A stretch of DNA of 62,710 nt, filler included, from Klebsormidium nitens (lineage: Eukaryota > Plantae > Klebsormidiophyceae), in assembly GCA_000708835.1 (NCBI GenBank). It is 4 parts of 4 records of this genome, joined end to end, with 100 filler letters (N's around TTAATTAATTAA, not from the genome) between each part and the next. Parts side by side here need not be neighbours in the genome. Positions count along the whole stretch, not along the records: positions 44,908 to 62,710 come from DF237932.1; 3 more parts are not named here. One strand, written 5' to 3'. The notes beneath the pieces were generated by a model. It saw only the letters and a list, made by a program, of their open reading frames with translations, was not told where the DNA came from and made no database searches. Below are positions 49,001 through 61,255 of the stretch, piece after piece. Positions within the stretch are counted from its first letter, which is position 1. Every line of letters starts with the position of its first letter. Position numbers and translations under genes: made by a program.

Positions 49001-52000
49001 GTTCAAGTGTCCGGTGGGTTTGCAGATCGCATTCGTTTCGCTTGTGCTTTTGCATGTTGCTAAGTTCTTTCTGCGTAAGGTCAGTCTTCCCTCAGCATCG
49101 TAACGATATTTTTGAACTGTGATCGAAACGGGTGGGTGCAGTTGAGAGGTCATGATGGGTACGGGTGCAGAGCGTTAGATTTTTGGCTTCGGGTCTTAGG
49201 CAAACCGAGAAAGAGCATCGCTCTCCGCTTTGACTGTCCAATAGATCGGCAAAAGGACGACGCTGAATCAACCGGCACTGCTGAACAATGTTCGGCGCAT
49301 CTGCAGGGGTATACGTGGGTACACTGGAGAGCTTCGAGCCGCTGTTCGCACAGAGCGGCCTCACAGACATTCCCGGGTACCAAGTAAGTAGCTTGCATCA
49401 TTGTCTCTGCTCTTCCACAGGACTCCGAACGGGAAGCGTGTTCTCGCATGGAATTAGCGGACAACTGGAAGCAGGGCTCCGGTTTGAGGCCAGTTTGCAC
49501 AAATCCCGGCACGAGTTCGCCGATTCCGGACGCCGTATGCAGTTCTGCAATCCATTTTCCTTTTGGTTAAACGACTTTCAGAGCGCTTGCTGGGATTGGG
49601 AAAAAGAACCGCACATGTACAAGTGACTCGACGGGAATCTCAGAGACCTGACTACATTGCAGAACGTGCCTTTGCCACTTACATAGTGGATTCTTCTTTT
49701 TCCCGCACTTCCACAAATTCGGACGAATACCGTCCGATGGGCCACGAACTGGACCTCACAGGGCGTCAACGGATCCCTTGTCCGGCGGAAGCCCGAACAA
49801 TTCGCTTTCGACGGACAACGGAACGGATCCTGCGTCTGGACGCCTGAAATAGATTCTGCGTCCGAACGCCCGAACGAATCATACGTCAGGACGCCCAAAC
49901 GGATTCCGTGCCAGTCCGGCGGACGCCCACATAAATCCGCAGTGACGGACATCCAAACGCACTGGATGGTTGAATACAAGTGCCAAACGAATGCCGTCTT
50001 TGGCGGACGTTCGAAACGGGTGCTCCAGAGTCTTCCCAAAATCTGACGGACGTCCGGATTGTTGCTCGCAGGCGTCTTCTCGGGCCCCGTTCCGCAACTC
50101 GCTGGCCGTAAGCACCCGGTTCATCGACCTGGTGCTATTGTACGGTGAATACACAATGGGGCTCCAGGGCTCGGGGGAGATCACCGACCTCCTTTTGGGG
50201 CCCGAAACCAGCGCCACGTGAGTCTCGACATTACGTCAGCAGCTGTAAGAAAGAGATGGATTTCTTTGTGTCACTTTGCACCCGCCGCGTCCTTCCCACC
50301 ACGCCGGACAATCTGCGGGAGCGCCTTGCTCGGCCGACAATTGATGACTTCAGCTGACGTCAGGGAACTCCGGCGAGCCTTTCTGTTCGTTGGTTCGGGC
50401 ACATGCGTAGTCCTTGGGTTGACAGACGAGAAATTGCCTTGGAAAAAGTTCTGCTTGACGTCTTATTCAAGTTTGCAGATAATTCTGAACAGTCGCCTGT
50501 AGGAGAGGACTCTTCTCGTTCCTGTCAGATTTTGGCCACTTCTGCGCACCTCAAAACGTATCTTCAGTCCCTTCCACCACAAGCAACGTCAGAGGCACCT
50601 GAAATACGCTATTGGCATTTGATTCCGGCAATAAAATAGTATTGCTTGCTGGTCGAAAATATCAGGAATTATTGAGGAGCGAGAACGGTCTAGAATGCTT
50701 GATTAGGTCTGCCAGAAATATCTAACGATTTTCAGAAACTGTTGTGGCGTCGAAGGTGCCAAAATTGAATGCCGGTACATCTCTCTTCACGCAGGCGACA
50801 TCCCGCTCCGTCCAAGTACAAGAGTGCGCTCATTTCGACCCTCCTTCCAAGGGCGGCACTGGCGGTCATTCGAGATCATATAGCCCGGAGTCGAGATTGC
50901 GCTTATTTGGAGATACGCGCGCTTGGGGTAGGTTCTCACGAACTTTCTGCTAAATTGCTGATTCGTTTTTTGTGGTTCCGACTATTCAGTGCGTCTTTGT
51001 CCCTCTTAGGTCGTCCCTTTTCTGACATCCTTACCATGTTGTTCGTCTTTCAGGTTCCTCATTCTCTCTTTCGCTTGGAACCATCCCCCGGTGTCCTCTT
51101 GCTTTTCACCCGTTTGCGCTTCATTCTTCTATATTGCCTCATTCGGTGTGGTCTCTTCCTCTGGCACGTGCCGCTCAGACCAGTTTGTCAACCTTTTTAT
51201 GAATCTGTCAAATCCTGCTTTCAATGCTGGAAAAGCAACGCGTCCGGGGTCTGCCTTCATTCGTTTCTGCTCCGGCACCTTAATCAGGTTATCTCATGTT
51301 GTTGAGCCCGACTCTCGTAGCTCAGCCGGACTTCATGTCTGCACTTTTGTAGACCGGGTTCAGCCGCTGTGACCCGGGGGCCAGGTTCTGTATTCTCGGA
51401 CTTCGCCCCGTTGACCCAGTTCGCTTCAGATCTAACCCGGTCGCTTAATTCAGCTCGACAACCTTAGAGCTCGCTCCTTCAACATGTTCTCTCAATGTGG
51501 AGTCCTGCATACAGCAGGTTCCGTACATTTGAACTTTGCCCCGTTGACCCAATCCACATCAGCTCCGAATCTAACCCATCTCGCAAAACTCAGAGCTCGT
51601 CCTTCAACATACTGCTAAATTTTGCTTTGGGGACTCAAGACTTTACCCTGTTGAGCCCGCTTCATATCTGATTATGTCCATGACCTAGCTCAGTCTAGAG
51701 CTCGCTTCTGCCACAAAGGATCTGTTCCGAATGCTGCGTTGGGGACTTGGACGTCGCCTCGTTAAGCCAGTAGGTTTCCTCTCTAACCCTGTTGCTTTAA
51801 CCCAGTTCTACAATCGCAGAGCTCGCCTCTTTGACCCATTCCCTTAACCCAGATATTCCTTTGCCGCAGGGCGCGATCGCCAGGGTTAGTGCGGAAGCGA
51901 CGGCTTTCCCTCACCGATCCGCGACTTTCAGTTTTCAGTGGCAAGTTAGCTGGGAACAAGAAAACGAGGAGCACAAAGGTTAGGCGCACACTTTACGCCA

Positions 52001-53317
52001 ACTTTACGCCATCTTTCCATCCTTCAGTCAAACGGCGGCTTCGCAGATGTAGTTTGGTTTTACGCCTTCCTTTTTCCATTCTGATAGTTGGCAGACTTTG
52101 TTTGTTGAAGTCGACTGGAGTGCACAAAGGTCAGCCGCCCTTGTCACGCCATCATTCCTAACGTCCAATTCAGGTTGGCGGAGTCGTACATATTGCTGGA
52201 ATGGAGCCTTTTTACAAGGCTGATAACCGGCGTACTTTGTTTCGGAGTCAATTGGGAAGCACGCAGGTTAGTCGTCCACTTCAGAAGGCGGACTCGTAAA
52301 AGCATGCTATCCGCGCTTCACATCGTTTTCTTCTTAGCGGTCTGATAGCCCGCCTTGTTTGATCCGACCACCACAAAGATCAGTTTCTCACTCTACGGCC
52401 TTGATGCCCTCCTTCTTTCGGAGGGCGGAGTCGCGAACTTATGTGACGTGGGGTTCATACCTTTGTCGTTTCACCAGTCTGATAGCCGGCAGACTTTCGT
52501 TCGGAATCCGTACAGAGCACACAGGTTTGTCGGCCTTTCTGCGGCCATCTTTCTTGACATCCGTTGAGAGGGCGGAGTCGCAACCGGGTGCCACGGGGAG
52601 TGCACATTTCTTCTTCTCGCCAGTGTGATATCCGATTCGGTGTCAATTGAAGAGTGCTAGTCTGATTCTCGCTCATGCATCTTTTGGATCCAGCGTGGGC
52701 AGGTACGATACCGTCCACGTTGTGCGCCTGGCAGGTACATACCGACTTTGATCAACTAGAAAAGAAGCGACCTTTTTAAATAAAGATTAAACTTTCAAGA
52801 TTAAGTCTCGCCCTTCCTGGCGCGGAACTTTCGATGCACATGGTTTTTGGCGTTCTCTGGGAGCGGTTCAGTCGTCAACAGTGTGCGGGGCAGCGTCCGA
52901 CGTAATCTGACCCGTTGAAGTGCAGCTGGGTCACTAAAATGGTAACCTCTATCGCCCTGTCTCTATGTCATCTCGAATGCTACACCCTTCTTCATCCCCT
53001 TCGCTGCACCTGCCCCCATTTCCAAGTCCTGTCTGACCTATTTCGTGTAATTTCCCTGGAACCTTGGCTCTAACCCTGTCGTTTCTACTTGATTTCCACT
53101 TACAGCGGCCCAAACCGGATGGCTGACCGACTTTTACTCGGCGCTCCAGCCCTATCTGGGCACTCCGCGCGCTTACGTCAACTACCTAGATCGAGATTTG
53201 GCGGAGTCCAGCGCTCAGTATTTCGGCTCCAATCTAGAGCGTTTGCAGAAGATCAAATTGGCTTACGATCCGCTTGACTACTTCCGGAACCCGCAATCGG
53301 TCCAATTGCCAGGTTGA
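46011..53317 (+). CDS. Berberine-bridge-enzyme-like FAD-linked oxidase (bicovalent FAD), at least 10 exons; start codon unresolved
   Basis: Exons 46011-46208, 46608-46735, 47205-47402, 48092-48319, 48890-49013, 49307-49383, 50072-50217, 50795-50927, 51870-51978 and 53106-53317 splice GT-AG in consistent phase if one G is removed from the G9 run at 48235-48243. Motifs PAAIVYP, RSGGHSYEG, GVCPHVGVGG, RGGGGGSFGIVT, ATAFPHR and AYVNYLD...YFGSNLERLQKIKLAYDPLDYFRNPQSV. Confidence 0.93.
49700..50060. repeat. Intronic CGGAC(G)/GTCCG-rich degenerate array
   Basis: Numerous GGACGCC, CGGACG, TCCGAACG and GTCCGG motifs in this BBE-like gene intron. Confidence 0.6.
51380..51800. repeat. Intronic degenerate tandem repeat (about 110-130 bp units)
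   Basis: GCCCCGTTGACCCA x2 plus variant ACCCTGTTGAGCCC; AGAGCTCG x4; CCTTCAACAT x2. Confidence 0.7.
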
Positions 53318-53609
53318 CACGTGTTTGAGTTATTTTCCTTGTCAGCGGGCGACTGCTTTTGCTGTAGTCGACTCGGGCGTCTGTTGGAAGATTTGACAAA
53401 GCTACATTGGGATCCGCTTTGCTAACCTCTACCATTGCAGCGGCAGATGAGGTTGATTGATGGTTAGCGAACCTTTTACATCTTGGAACCCCTCCAGTTG
53501 GACTACCAGACCATACTGCAAAGTATCAAAAGCCGACCCTACAAGACCCAGAAGAGTCATACTTCTCTAGAATACTTCTAGTAAGCTCAAGTGTTAGTAA
53601 GAACAAGCT

Positions 53610-53685
53610 AACACTAAAAACCCAAATCCAAATAAACACCCGCTCCGCACCCGTACCCACCCTAACTCCCATACTGACCCTACCC
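53610..53685 (-). repeat. Inverted copy of the G-rich repeat at 2016-2095
   Basis: GCTCCGCACCCGTACCCACCCTAACTCCCATACTGACCCTACCC at 53642-53685. Confidence 0.85.
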
Positions 53686-54603
53686 GGCTCAGTACTATCA
53701 CTTGAGCTTACAAAACCTATTCTAGAGAAGAGTCGGTCTACCTACACAGACGGCAAGTGACCAAAACCAACGCACAACTGTCAGGCAGGCCTTGCAGGCA
53801 GAGGTAATTAGTTGTAGAATGAACAGCCGGAATATTGTTCTGAAAACGGCTAGCCTGGAGTCGTTTATCTCCACTGACATAGCTGGAGCCTAGGGACTGT
53901 AGCGCTTGGCATGCCAAACAGCTAGTAGTCACTAATGTTGTTTGTTTGCAATTTGACTAGCTTGCCCGTGCGCCAAGCCGGGGTACCGTGTGCCAACTTC
54001 GGCCGGGCAGCCACGTTTCACCGCCTTCGATCCACCCTGTGGATCGAAGGACCATTGATATGGGCACTGCGCGTATGTGTTATGTTCAAAATTGATCGGA
54101 GCGTGGCATACGGGCTGCTTACTTGCGCTTTGCTGAATGCCGCATGATGATTGAAGATCCACGAGTTTCGAATTCAATGCAGGGATCTTTAGGTTTGCAT
54201 CAATACTAGGTAATCTATTCAATGAATTGGACATATGCCTGGGACCATGCACTGATGATCCGATCCTGGTCTGCATGGCTTGACCAGTAATCCTAAATTC
54301 CGGACTTGCGCGCGACGTATCCCGGTATGCAATTTCAAGGAACTTATGTTGAATTGCACTTGGCGGAGTCACTGACACAGCCATATGGCCGGTGGCAGTC
54401 CATTCAACCTGGACCATAGAGCTACCGTGACACACCCGTACTGGCTGCGCATGTGCATGGCAAGTAGCTTTATATCTTGCCAAGTTGTGCACAATACGTG
54501 TGCAGTGATTGGATAGCGTAAACAGCACTGGGAGACAATATAGCTGCCGGTGATTGTGAATAATCTGGTTATAATTGCCATGTGATCGAGGTGTGTGCCA
54601 CAG

Positions 54604-55141
54604 GTAACGCAACCACGTCCGCGGGCCTCACTACCAGGGCCGCCAAGAAGAAGGCGTTCCCCAACGACCACATCCTGATTGTCAAGGGGAGCACCCCGGA
54701 CAAGTTCCTCAATGACTTCATCCGGGATGTCCAGAAACCACTTCTGGCCGCGGGCTTCGAGCGCCGCACCATCAACGAACGGGTGCAGAACTGGCGCCCC
54801 TTCACCAAACGGGGCCAGCCGAAGCGCACCTGGGGCGCCTGCTTCGGCTCACGTGCGGACGCCGACGCAGCCTGGACCGAATACCTCCCCCTCAAGAAGC
54901 CCCTTCTTGGGATGGGCATCATCATCGAGCGCTGCAAGCCCGGCTCCAAGGCGGCACCCAATGGGCCGAGAGATTCGGCGGCGGAGCTAGTGGATATGCG
55001 CTAGAGCACACCCGGGCACTAGCGGAAGCCGCGGCGTAGGAGTTGGCGGCGGCCACCGAGGTCGGCCTCAGCAGCGAGGAGATGAACGCCATTGCCGACA
55101 TGATCTACAACCGCTTCCGCAAGGGCAAGGACAAGGAGTAG
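54604..55141 (+). pseudogene. Decayed GC-rich coding fragment, possibly with an RRM-like fold
   Basis: Coding-like composition after CCACAG at 54603 (HILIVKG...TWGACFGSRADADAAW). It continues after a frameshift as LEHTRALAEAAA*ELAAATEVGLSSEEMNAIADMIYNRFRKGKDKE*, with an in-frame TAG. Confidence 0.4.
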
Positions 55142-56570
55142 TCACCTAGTGGGGGCGATAAGATGTATCGGGCCAACTCGGATGCAGTAATTTGGACTCA
55201 ATTTGGACGTCCGAGTAGCGTAGTCTGTTTTGAGTCCGGTGCATACAAACATTATGTGCTATGCACAACGCCATGATCGAGTGGCACATCATGCTCAGTA
55301 GTTGAATTGCTTGTTAGCGTCCATGTAGCATTAGGGTTTGCATACCTTGCTGGACATGACTCGTAGCCGTAGCAAGTTGCGGAGTCAAAAAACAAATTCC
55401 CGGCCGCGCCGGAGACCGTGCTCCACGGCCATGGTGGCTAAGGGCGTTAATAAATTGGAAGTTACCATCGAGCAAGATTGAACAGATTGATGTCAGAGAC
55501 GATATCCTGATAACTCTCACCGAGACTGATCAAACTAGGCGGCGTGTATAAGGTTCTACTTGATCTGCTCAAGAATTCCACATGCACTTGGGAGCGGAGT
55601 AACGTACTGGATACATCGTAACCACCTTCTTTGATTTACAGCAATAAATTATGAGCAGTCAATCATGTTCCAATCCGCTATTATGATGCCTGATCTCCGT
55701 GCTTGAACCCCATGAAAGTACCTCTATATTTTCCATGCGGGTTAGAATCCCCGAACTCGACGTGGACTCACGTTCGCCCCACTTGGAGCTTATACTGGCA
55801 AATCGGATTGCCGTCGAAACCCCGACAATAGTATGTGAAGTCCCGGTTGGACAGGGGAGAGACTGACACGTGTCAGGTGCACGTCGCGGTGGCGCCGGAC
55901 GGTCCGCAAGCGCCGGCGCAGCAGACGAAGGAGGACCCGTCCGCACTGAAGCACTGCGTACGAAGATTCGAAAAGAAGCGGCGTCAGATGATCACATTCT
56001 CTAGCGGGGCCGATTCGATGTTGTCACGATGGTTGAGCGCCAGATCTCGATCGTACGCTTCTGCTGGCAATGCACCGCGAGAAAGGCGCTCACCCGCTGT
56101 TCCCATGTTGAGGGTATTGTTCTCGAATGTAGCAGTCTTATAAAGCAAGACGTCCCGCCACAATGGGTGCATTTTCAGACTGACCGCGACTCGAAATCAA
56201 GGACCATCTAAGTAGTTTGCCAACAACTTGCATTCTGCTCCGCATACGAAGCAGCGAGGCAGCTCGAAACCCGCAGGTGAAGATTTCTTTCGGATCCGTG
56301 CTCTGTGATCGACTCTAGTGTGTGTCTGAGTTGGCTAAAAGCACCGAAGAACACGGCAGAAAACGAGGAGCGGATGGAATACCGAAGCAGCTTATTAGGA
56401 AAGTGTTTTTAATGCTTCTCGAAACGTCACTTCGTGGCCATCTTATTATTTCCCAAAACGATCCCAAAAGTCGTCCTCAGAACAACCTCAAGAGTCATTT
56501 GCAAGCGGTCTGTCGACTCGAGGCCATCCCAAACTTTACCCGTCAATTTTACCCGTCAAGTTGAACGGTC

Positions 56571-56670
56571 AACCCCCCTTGAAATGATTCTCGAAAGCCC
56601 TGGAAAAAGCGCATGGAAAGCCAACCCCCCTTAAATGATTCTCGAAAGCCCCGGAAAAGGCGCATGGAGA
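56571..56670. repeat. About 52-bp tandem duplication
   Basis: AACCCCCCTT(G)AAATGATTCTCGAAAGCCC.GGAAAA.GCGCATGGA x2. Confidence 0.85.
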
Positions 56671-56839
56671 GCTTTTCGTAGACCAACTGGAAGGCTCTCT
56701 GATCTCGTCTCGAGCCCTCTCAAAGTCAGCGTCGGAAGATCTCTCTGATTGAGACCCGACTTCAAACGCACTCTGACACCAAACCCGAGCTCAACCGCGT
56801 TTTCAAGCCCACTCGGAATGCGTGTTAACCCTTTAATCC

Positions 56840-59639
56840 TCACCTGGTTAGGCTTGTCGCTCCCCGGGTTGCACGTCGTGGGGGGGGCCAGCTCGGCGTG
56901 GGGGCGGGGGTGGCACTCGGGGCCAGAGTCGAATTAGAGGTGGGAGAGGGAGTGACGCTCGGGGCTTGAGTTGGGGGCGTGGGGGTTGGGAAATCGGCGG
57001 TGACGAAAACCATGTTAGGGATCGAGTAGGAAAAGTCCTCGGCCGAGGGATACACGTAGTTGAGCTCGCCAGTCGCTCCACGGAAGATTCCGGTTCCGCC
57101 CACAATGGCAAGGGGGCCGTTGGCGAAGAAATCGTAGAAACCTGCGGGCCACATGGAGAGGTTATCGCGCCAATGGGTTAAGGTGTGGTCGGCGCTCTTT
57201 TCTCCGAGAAAGGACGTGTCAAATCGATTTTGAACATTGTTTAACCAAGTATGGTTACGATAAAAGGTTCGTACCAATAGAGTGTGGGTTAGTTAGAAAC
57301 GGCAGTGCATCGACAGCCACTCTAGCTCTGTTTGGGCATACGGAAACATCACCAGAAACAGAATCTGAAACGAAAGCAGAAACAAAAGCTTCGTAATCCG
57401 TATGGTTCAGTAGAACGTGAACGGGTTGCAAAAAGCTCCTGGATCCTGTCAATAACTACCCTATTTCTAGGCCACGTCTTCTTGACAGGACTTGCTCAAA
57501 AACGGCCTTTGGAATTTTCCACAACTTCCAAGTAACAACTACTATCTGAGTACCTTTTACACACTACGCCGGCCAGGGGCTTGACGGCATCTCCTCAACG
57601 TGTGGCATATGACAGCCGCAGATTGTGACGTGAAATCACGGAATCATCTACAAGGTTCATTGGAAGACAATCGTTCCCTTGATTCTACAAGGATCAAAGC
57701 TGGACAGCTGTCAACAGTGGCAAGAAACCTTAATCAGCTCTTGGTGCTAGACTCAATGGTAACCAGCTCAATCGAACTTTACAAAGACTTTCCTCCCAAC
57801 ATATTCGCTTCCCTTCTGTTGTCATCACACTTCCATTCTGACGTCACCTAGAGCTTTCATTCTGACGTCACTCACCGACGATCGTCAGACTGCTGCCCTG
57901 GTATGGGCCGCCTGTGAAGACCACCGTCTCGTAACACGTGTACAAAGTGTTCTCGATTCCGGGGGACACCTCGGCGGAAACCAGGCAGTTTCCGTTTGTG
58001 AACCCGACGGTGGCGCCGCTCTTATCTCCCAACCTCATGTCGTTATTGAACGAGAACGGTTCTCCCAACTTGGAGGGGAACTCGCTTTGCCTCGGGCCCT
58101 TAGGAGAGAACACCTCAGCAAACCTGCAAAGGGTTGTGCGGGAATTAGGACTGTTTGGGTCCGCAGAGATCAGCTTTGTTGGTCAAACCAAGTTTTCGGT
58201 GGTGCATTGGAGTCTGAGGGGAAACGGACTTCTAAATTACCCCCCCCCATCTCAGACTCTGACATCTGCAGAGAAACATATTTCAGGATGCGGACTAGAG
58301 GGATCGCCCTCCACCCCCCCCTCCCAAAAGATGGTAAGAGTTGGGGGTTCAGTACACCGCTGCAAAGTTGTTTCGAGACATGATCACATACTTACACCAC
58401 ACCTCAGCAGATGTTCGTAGGCCAGAGTACTCCTACCTTGAAGCTCCTTAAGTATCCTTTGAGATTCTTTGAAGCTTCCTAACTTTTTCTGGGTCCTTGA
58501 CAGACTGTTAGTTTCCAGTGCCGTCGTTTATGGGCTGAGTATAAGGATATACAGGAGATAATACAATGCGACATTACAGCATTACTCAGAGAAAGGATCT
58601 TTAGAAGGAAGTGGACCTTGAGTGGAGGTGCGAGACTCTGGAATCAGCTCTTTGGAAGCAGATCTCCTCAGCAGGTTGTCAATGTTTGGAAGCGATGCTC
58701 TAAGGAGTGCAGGAGTTTAAAAAGTGAACACACTTCAGAAGATGTGGCGACAGATGATGTAACATCAGTCGGTACCCTTCAGCACACGCGACTGCAGTTT
58801 CCTTACAACAAAGTTTCCAGGCAATGCTAAGAACCATTTTGAGGTTACCCAAGATTCTGAACATCAGTGCATTATGGACCATTGCAGGATAGTTTGGACG
58901 TTCTTGCTTGATGGAAAGCAGACATGCCGGAGCTTACTTTAAGAAGTCAAAGCCATAAAAAGAAGACAGGAGCAGAAGACACCTGATGTTTGTTAAAACT
59001 CAGCATTAGGAAGCAAGTGCAGATTTTGACAGTGAAGTATTCAGGCAATGCCAAGAACCATACTAAAACTACCAGAGAATATTTGAGACTTTTAGTGCAT
59101 TATGGGTGAGCTCAGGATACTTACGTATACTCTGGTGATCATCTTAGTAGAAGGCAGACATGCCGGAGCAAGGGTTAAGAGGTCAAAGCCATGAAAAGAA
59201 CACAGGATCGAAAAGCACCTTCTTCTCGTTATGACTCAGCATTGAGAAGCAAGTGCAGTTCTTTTACATCGACGAAGTGTCCAGGCAATGTTATGGCCGA
59301 GGACCATGCGAGAATCACCAACAACACGTATGGCTCCCGGTGCATTATGGGCGAGCTCAGGATACTTAGAAATCATTTGTGATCCTGCTCAGTGGAAAGC
59401 AGATATGCTGGAGCTTAGCATTAAAAAGTCAAAGTCATGAAAAGAAGACAGGAAGCGAGAACACCTTATTTTCGCAATAACTCAGCATTAGGATTGATAT
59501 AGGAAGAGTCTGAAGCTTATGAATAGATGTTCACTTACTGGCTGAGCTCATAATAGGCACCCTCCACCCGCGGGACCGCCAAACAGAGGAGCAAGGCACC
59601 GATGAGCAGAGCTGGATAGGGGAGCTGAAAAGCGGCCAT
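56840..59639 (-). CDS. Secreted dirigent/allene-oxide-cyclase-like beta-barrel protein with a Pro/Thr/Ser-rich tail, 216 aa, 3 exons
   Basis: Exons 59639-59539, 58123-57876 and 57141-56840 (651 nt, GT-AG, phases 2 and 1). Signal peptide MAAFQLPYPALLIGALLLCLAVPRVEGA; GEPFSFNNDM...VGFTNGNC...YTCYETVVF; PLAIVGGTGIFRGATG; tail PTPTPPTQAPSVTPSPT. Confidence 0.82.
58816..59492. repeat. Intronic tandem repeat, 3 units of about 225-240 bp
   Basis: Each unit has CAGGCAATG, GTGCATTATGG, GCAGA(C/T)ATGC(C/T)GGAGC, GTCAAAG(C/T)CAT and ACTCAGCATT. Confidence 0.88.
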
Positions 59640-60139
59640 GGCTTTGAGTAGCCTGTTTGCGATGCGCGATTAGTGAGATCTGTGGGAGTTTGCGCCAGCT
59701 TTGCTGACTTTGAAGGAACTGGAAACACCTACGATGGTGGCTGGCTGCTTCAAATTCAGAGTTCTAGCTTGATTGTTTGTAGTTCTGGAGATGTTCCACA
59801 CGTGAGCATTTTGGGGACTCAGAGTCAGGGAGTCCACTTGCGACTTGTATTGAACACCAATGATGAGCACATGATTAACGTCATGAGTGTCCTTGTTTAC
59901 CGTTTAGGACTCGAGACTACATTCAGACCTTGTCTCATGNNNNNNNNNNNNNNNNNNNNTACCTCTGTATTTCTCCCTTTGAAAGTACAATGGGAGAGAT
60001 GGGCTGATCATTGATGATGCGTGCACACTGTGCAGAAAGTTGGATTCTACCTGACCACTGAAAAAGTGTACGGTCGAAGCGTCTTGAGTCTTGACCCTTG
60101 ATCGCTCAGTCGGGGTACCCTAAAAGCCCTAGATTTATG

Positions 60140-60175
60140 CCGTACCGTACCGTGCCGTGCCGTGCCGTGCCGTAC
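60140..60175. repeat. (CCGTR)n pentanucleotide microsatellite
   Basis: CCGTACCGTACCGTGCCGTGCCGTGCCGTGCCGTAC. Confidence 0.9.
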
Positions 60176-60764
60176 TTGCAACTTTCAATACGGTATACGG
60201 TAGGACTAGATACCTACCCAGGTGGCTGAGTGCTCATTTGTACCTACCTAGGTACCTACTACCGTTCAAGGTACAGTGTTCACAACTTTCAATACAAGAT
60301 TCTGTCTGATATCATGGCTACACCCAGCGCTACCGTCAGCCAAGCGCGTGTTGTTCTTTCGGGGCGACCGTAAAGCAGAGGCAGAGGCGCTTCCGTCGCT
60401 GTGAAACCCCCGAGCCGTTCTAACGCATGTCGCCGACTCGTACGGGCACTCGTCAGCGATAAAAGCAGAGTCCTACCCCCAGAAGAGCTTGACGACAGTT
60501 GATACAGCTAGCTCGACCATTTTGACCTTTGAGGGACTCACTTGAATCCGTCAAAGCCGGACCCCCCGGAAAATGGCTCAGTAGCAGGGGGCTTGCAAAA
60601 ATTGGGCACAACAATGACCACCTGCAAATACAACTTGAATCTCGGCGACCTGGAAACAACCGCGCTGTTTGTTGCGTACGATGTACGAAAACCGTACGTA
60701 CGGCGTAGAGTTTTCAGAACTCTGCGCAGTGCCAACCAGTGTTTCCGCTAACTTTTTCAATTGG

Positions 60765-61255
60765 TGGCCCTCGGGCCCCCTGGGCCCGGTCTTCGGGGGC
60801 CCGATGGGCCCCCTCAGCATCCACATCGGGGGCCCAAGGGCCCCCTCGAGACTCTGATTGGGGGCCCAAAATTGGCTTGAAATGGCCCCCTGTTAGATTG
60901 CATAGAACGTCCTGACGCAATACTATACGAAATGGGGGGAGCTGAATGCCCATTCTGCTTACAGTTACCCCCCGGTAGATGAAATTGGGGATGTTGAACA
61001 CGTTTCTGCTCGATTTTAACAAGGAATATTGTGTAAAAGCTCAAAAATGCCTGTATAAGCTTGAACTAATACGTAAGCTTGGGCCCCCTCACACCGATGT
61101 GTGGGGGCAAAAGGGCCTCCAAACAATGCTCTTTGGGGGCCCGTCGGGCCCCCTCGCTTCGAGCATTGGGGGCCCGTTGGGCCCCCAAGGCCCTCCTATT
61201 GGGGGACGATATCGGCCATTGGGGGCGATAATGGCTGGTGGCGGGCCCCCATTGG
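60765..61255. repeat. Two clusters of GGGCCC-cored short repeats in both orientations (possible non-autonomous DNA transposon)
   Basis: More than a dozen GGGGGCCC or GGGCCCC motifs at about 60765-60890 and 61080-61250. Confidence 0.6.

Noticed and set aside
47070-57872. Isolated TGACGTCA sites in introns of the BBE-like and dirigent-like genes
   Set aside because: They lack the CTCGGACAC partner box at 45 nt; some lie near acceptors where CTGAC is a normal branch-point-like sequence. Not counted in the bipartite family.
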